From Octopus vulgaris (lineage: Eukaryota), in the NCBI GenBank assembly GCA_951406725.2, contig OX597814.1:69936001-70000000 (forward strand): a DNA stretch of 64,000 nt, given 5' to 3'. This document shows, in pieces, positions 62,901-64,000 of the stretch (position 1 is the stretch's first letter; every line of letters starts with the position of its first letter). A program made the translations under genes and the position numbers. The notes under the pieces were generated by a model, which saw only the letters and a list, made by a program, of their open reading frames with translations, did not search any database and was not told the origin of the DNA.

Positions 62901-64000
62901 TTCTGCAGGGCACTGTTCTGGGACCACTACTGTTCATAATGGCCCTCTCAGACATGCCCTCAGCCACGCAGAGAGCCACGATCACAAGTTATGCAGATGA
63001 TACAAAAGTTTCACAGGCAATACAGAACCCTGAGGACACTAAACACCTGCAATGTGAGCTGGACAAAATATACAAGTGGGCTGAAAAGAATAGCATGCAG
63101 TTCAATGCTGAAAAGTTTCAAGCTCTATACTATCAGTATGCAAAACTAAATGCAATACCCAATGAATACACTGGACCCGGAGGAATAGCAATCCCAGAGG
63201 CACAATCAGTGCGTGACCTAGGTATTTACATGAGTGATGACGCGACCTTTCGTGTACATGTTGCTAAATTGGCAATGAAATGTAGACGACTGGCCGGATG
63301 GATCCTCAGAACCTTTAGAACAAGAGAACAAGAAACCATGATGGTCCTCTGGAGGACACTTGTCCTAAGCCACTTTGACTACTGCTCTCAGTTATGGTCG
63401 CCATCCAGTGTCAAGTTGATCACAGAGCTCGAGGCGATCCAACGTAGCTACACGAAGAAGATAGCCTCTATGCTGAATGTAAGCTACTGGGAAAGACTCA
63501 AGAGATTAAAACTATATTCCCTGGAGCGTAGGCGGGAAAGATATGCCATAATATACATCTGGAAGATCCTGGAGGGACGTGTCCTAAACTTTGGCATCGA
63601 GAGTTACGCAAATGCCAGAACTGGGCGCCACTGCGTGGTGCCTAGGACTCCAAACTTGCCATCAAGATGTAGGACAAGATTCTGTGATAGCCTGGGCTTC
63701 CGAGGCCCACAGCTCTTCAATATCCTCCCGAAGAACCTGAGAGACCTGCATGGGGTGGATGCAGATGTCTTTAAAATGAAGCTGGATCTCTTCCTGTCAG
63801 GTGTCCCAGATGAACCAACTTCACGGCAGAAGGGGCAGATGAGGGCAGCTGCATCGAACTCTCTCATGCACCAAATGGCAGTTTGCTAGAAAGCTTTCGT
63901 GAAGTGAAACCAAGTAGCAACACCAAATGGCGGTGCCCCAGCATGGCCACAGCTCATAAGCTGAAACTAGAATCAATCAATCAATCAATCAATCAATCAT
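60000..64000 (+). mobile_element. Near full-length young LINE (CR1-group/Proto2-like): ORF1 Myb/SANT-like + CCCH; ORF2 APE-RT; (AATC)n tail
   Basis: ORF2 in three frames (60811-63889): LLNIRGL, IALTETHL, YRPP, MGDFNLP, TLDLCFTN, NYRPISLTSH, YLDFAKAFDKVDH, QGTVLGPLLF, YADDTK, YWERLKRLKLYSLERRRERY. Clade assignment is tentative. Confidence 0.9.

Overview
AT-rich, microsatellite-dense animal DNA. The SINE, RTE and Penelope repertoire suggests a cephalopod, probably Octopus (inference). The window is almost entirely nested transposable elements: RTE, Tx1/L1, R4-like and CR1/Proto2-like LINEs, tRNA-derived SINEs, Penelope-like elements (PLEs), Helitrons, two Gypsy LTR elements and two Tc1/mariner relics. 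A 100-N scaffold gap lies at 36953-37052. Only two host exons are recognisable: an axonemal dynein heavy chain exon (9530-9716, -) and a CARMIL/LRRC16-like LRR exon (52648-52799, +). The most striking unannotated signal is 13 type I hammerhead ribozyme motifs from about 7 unrelated sequence families, identified by hand from the core CUGANGA...GAAA..UH and paired stems. Many sit in short, ORF-less fold-back (palindromic) units inserted in (TA)n. One family has a U at core position 6, and one lies downstream of a tRNA-like Pol III promoter inside a PLE. Also seen: a SINE/LINE shared 3' tail with compensatory base pairs, a Tx1 family adjoining (ATCT)n, head-to-tail Helitron junctions, and a 52-bp locally templated inverted insertion. 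All family calls are by motif recognition; no database searches were run.
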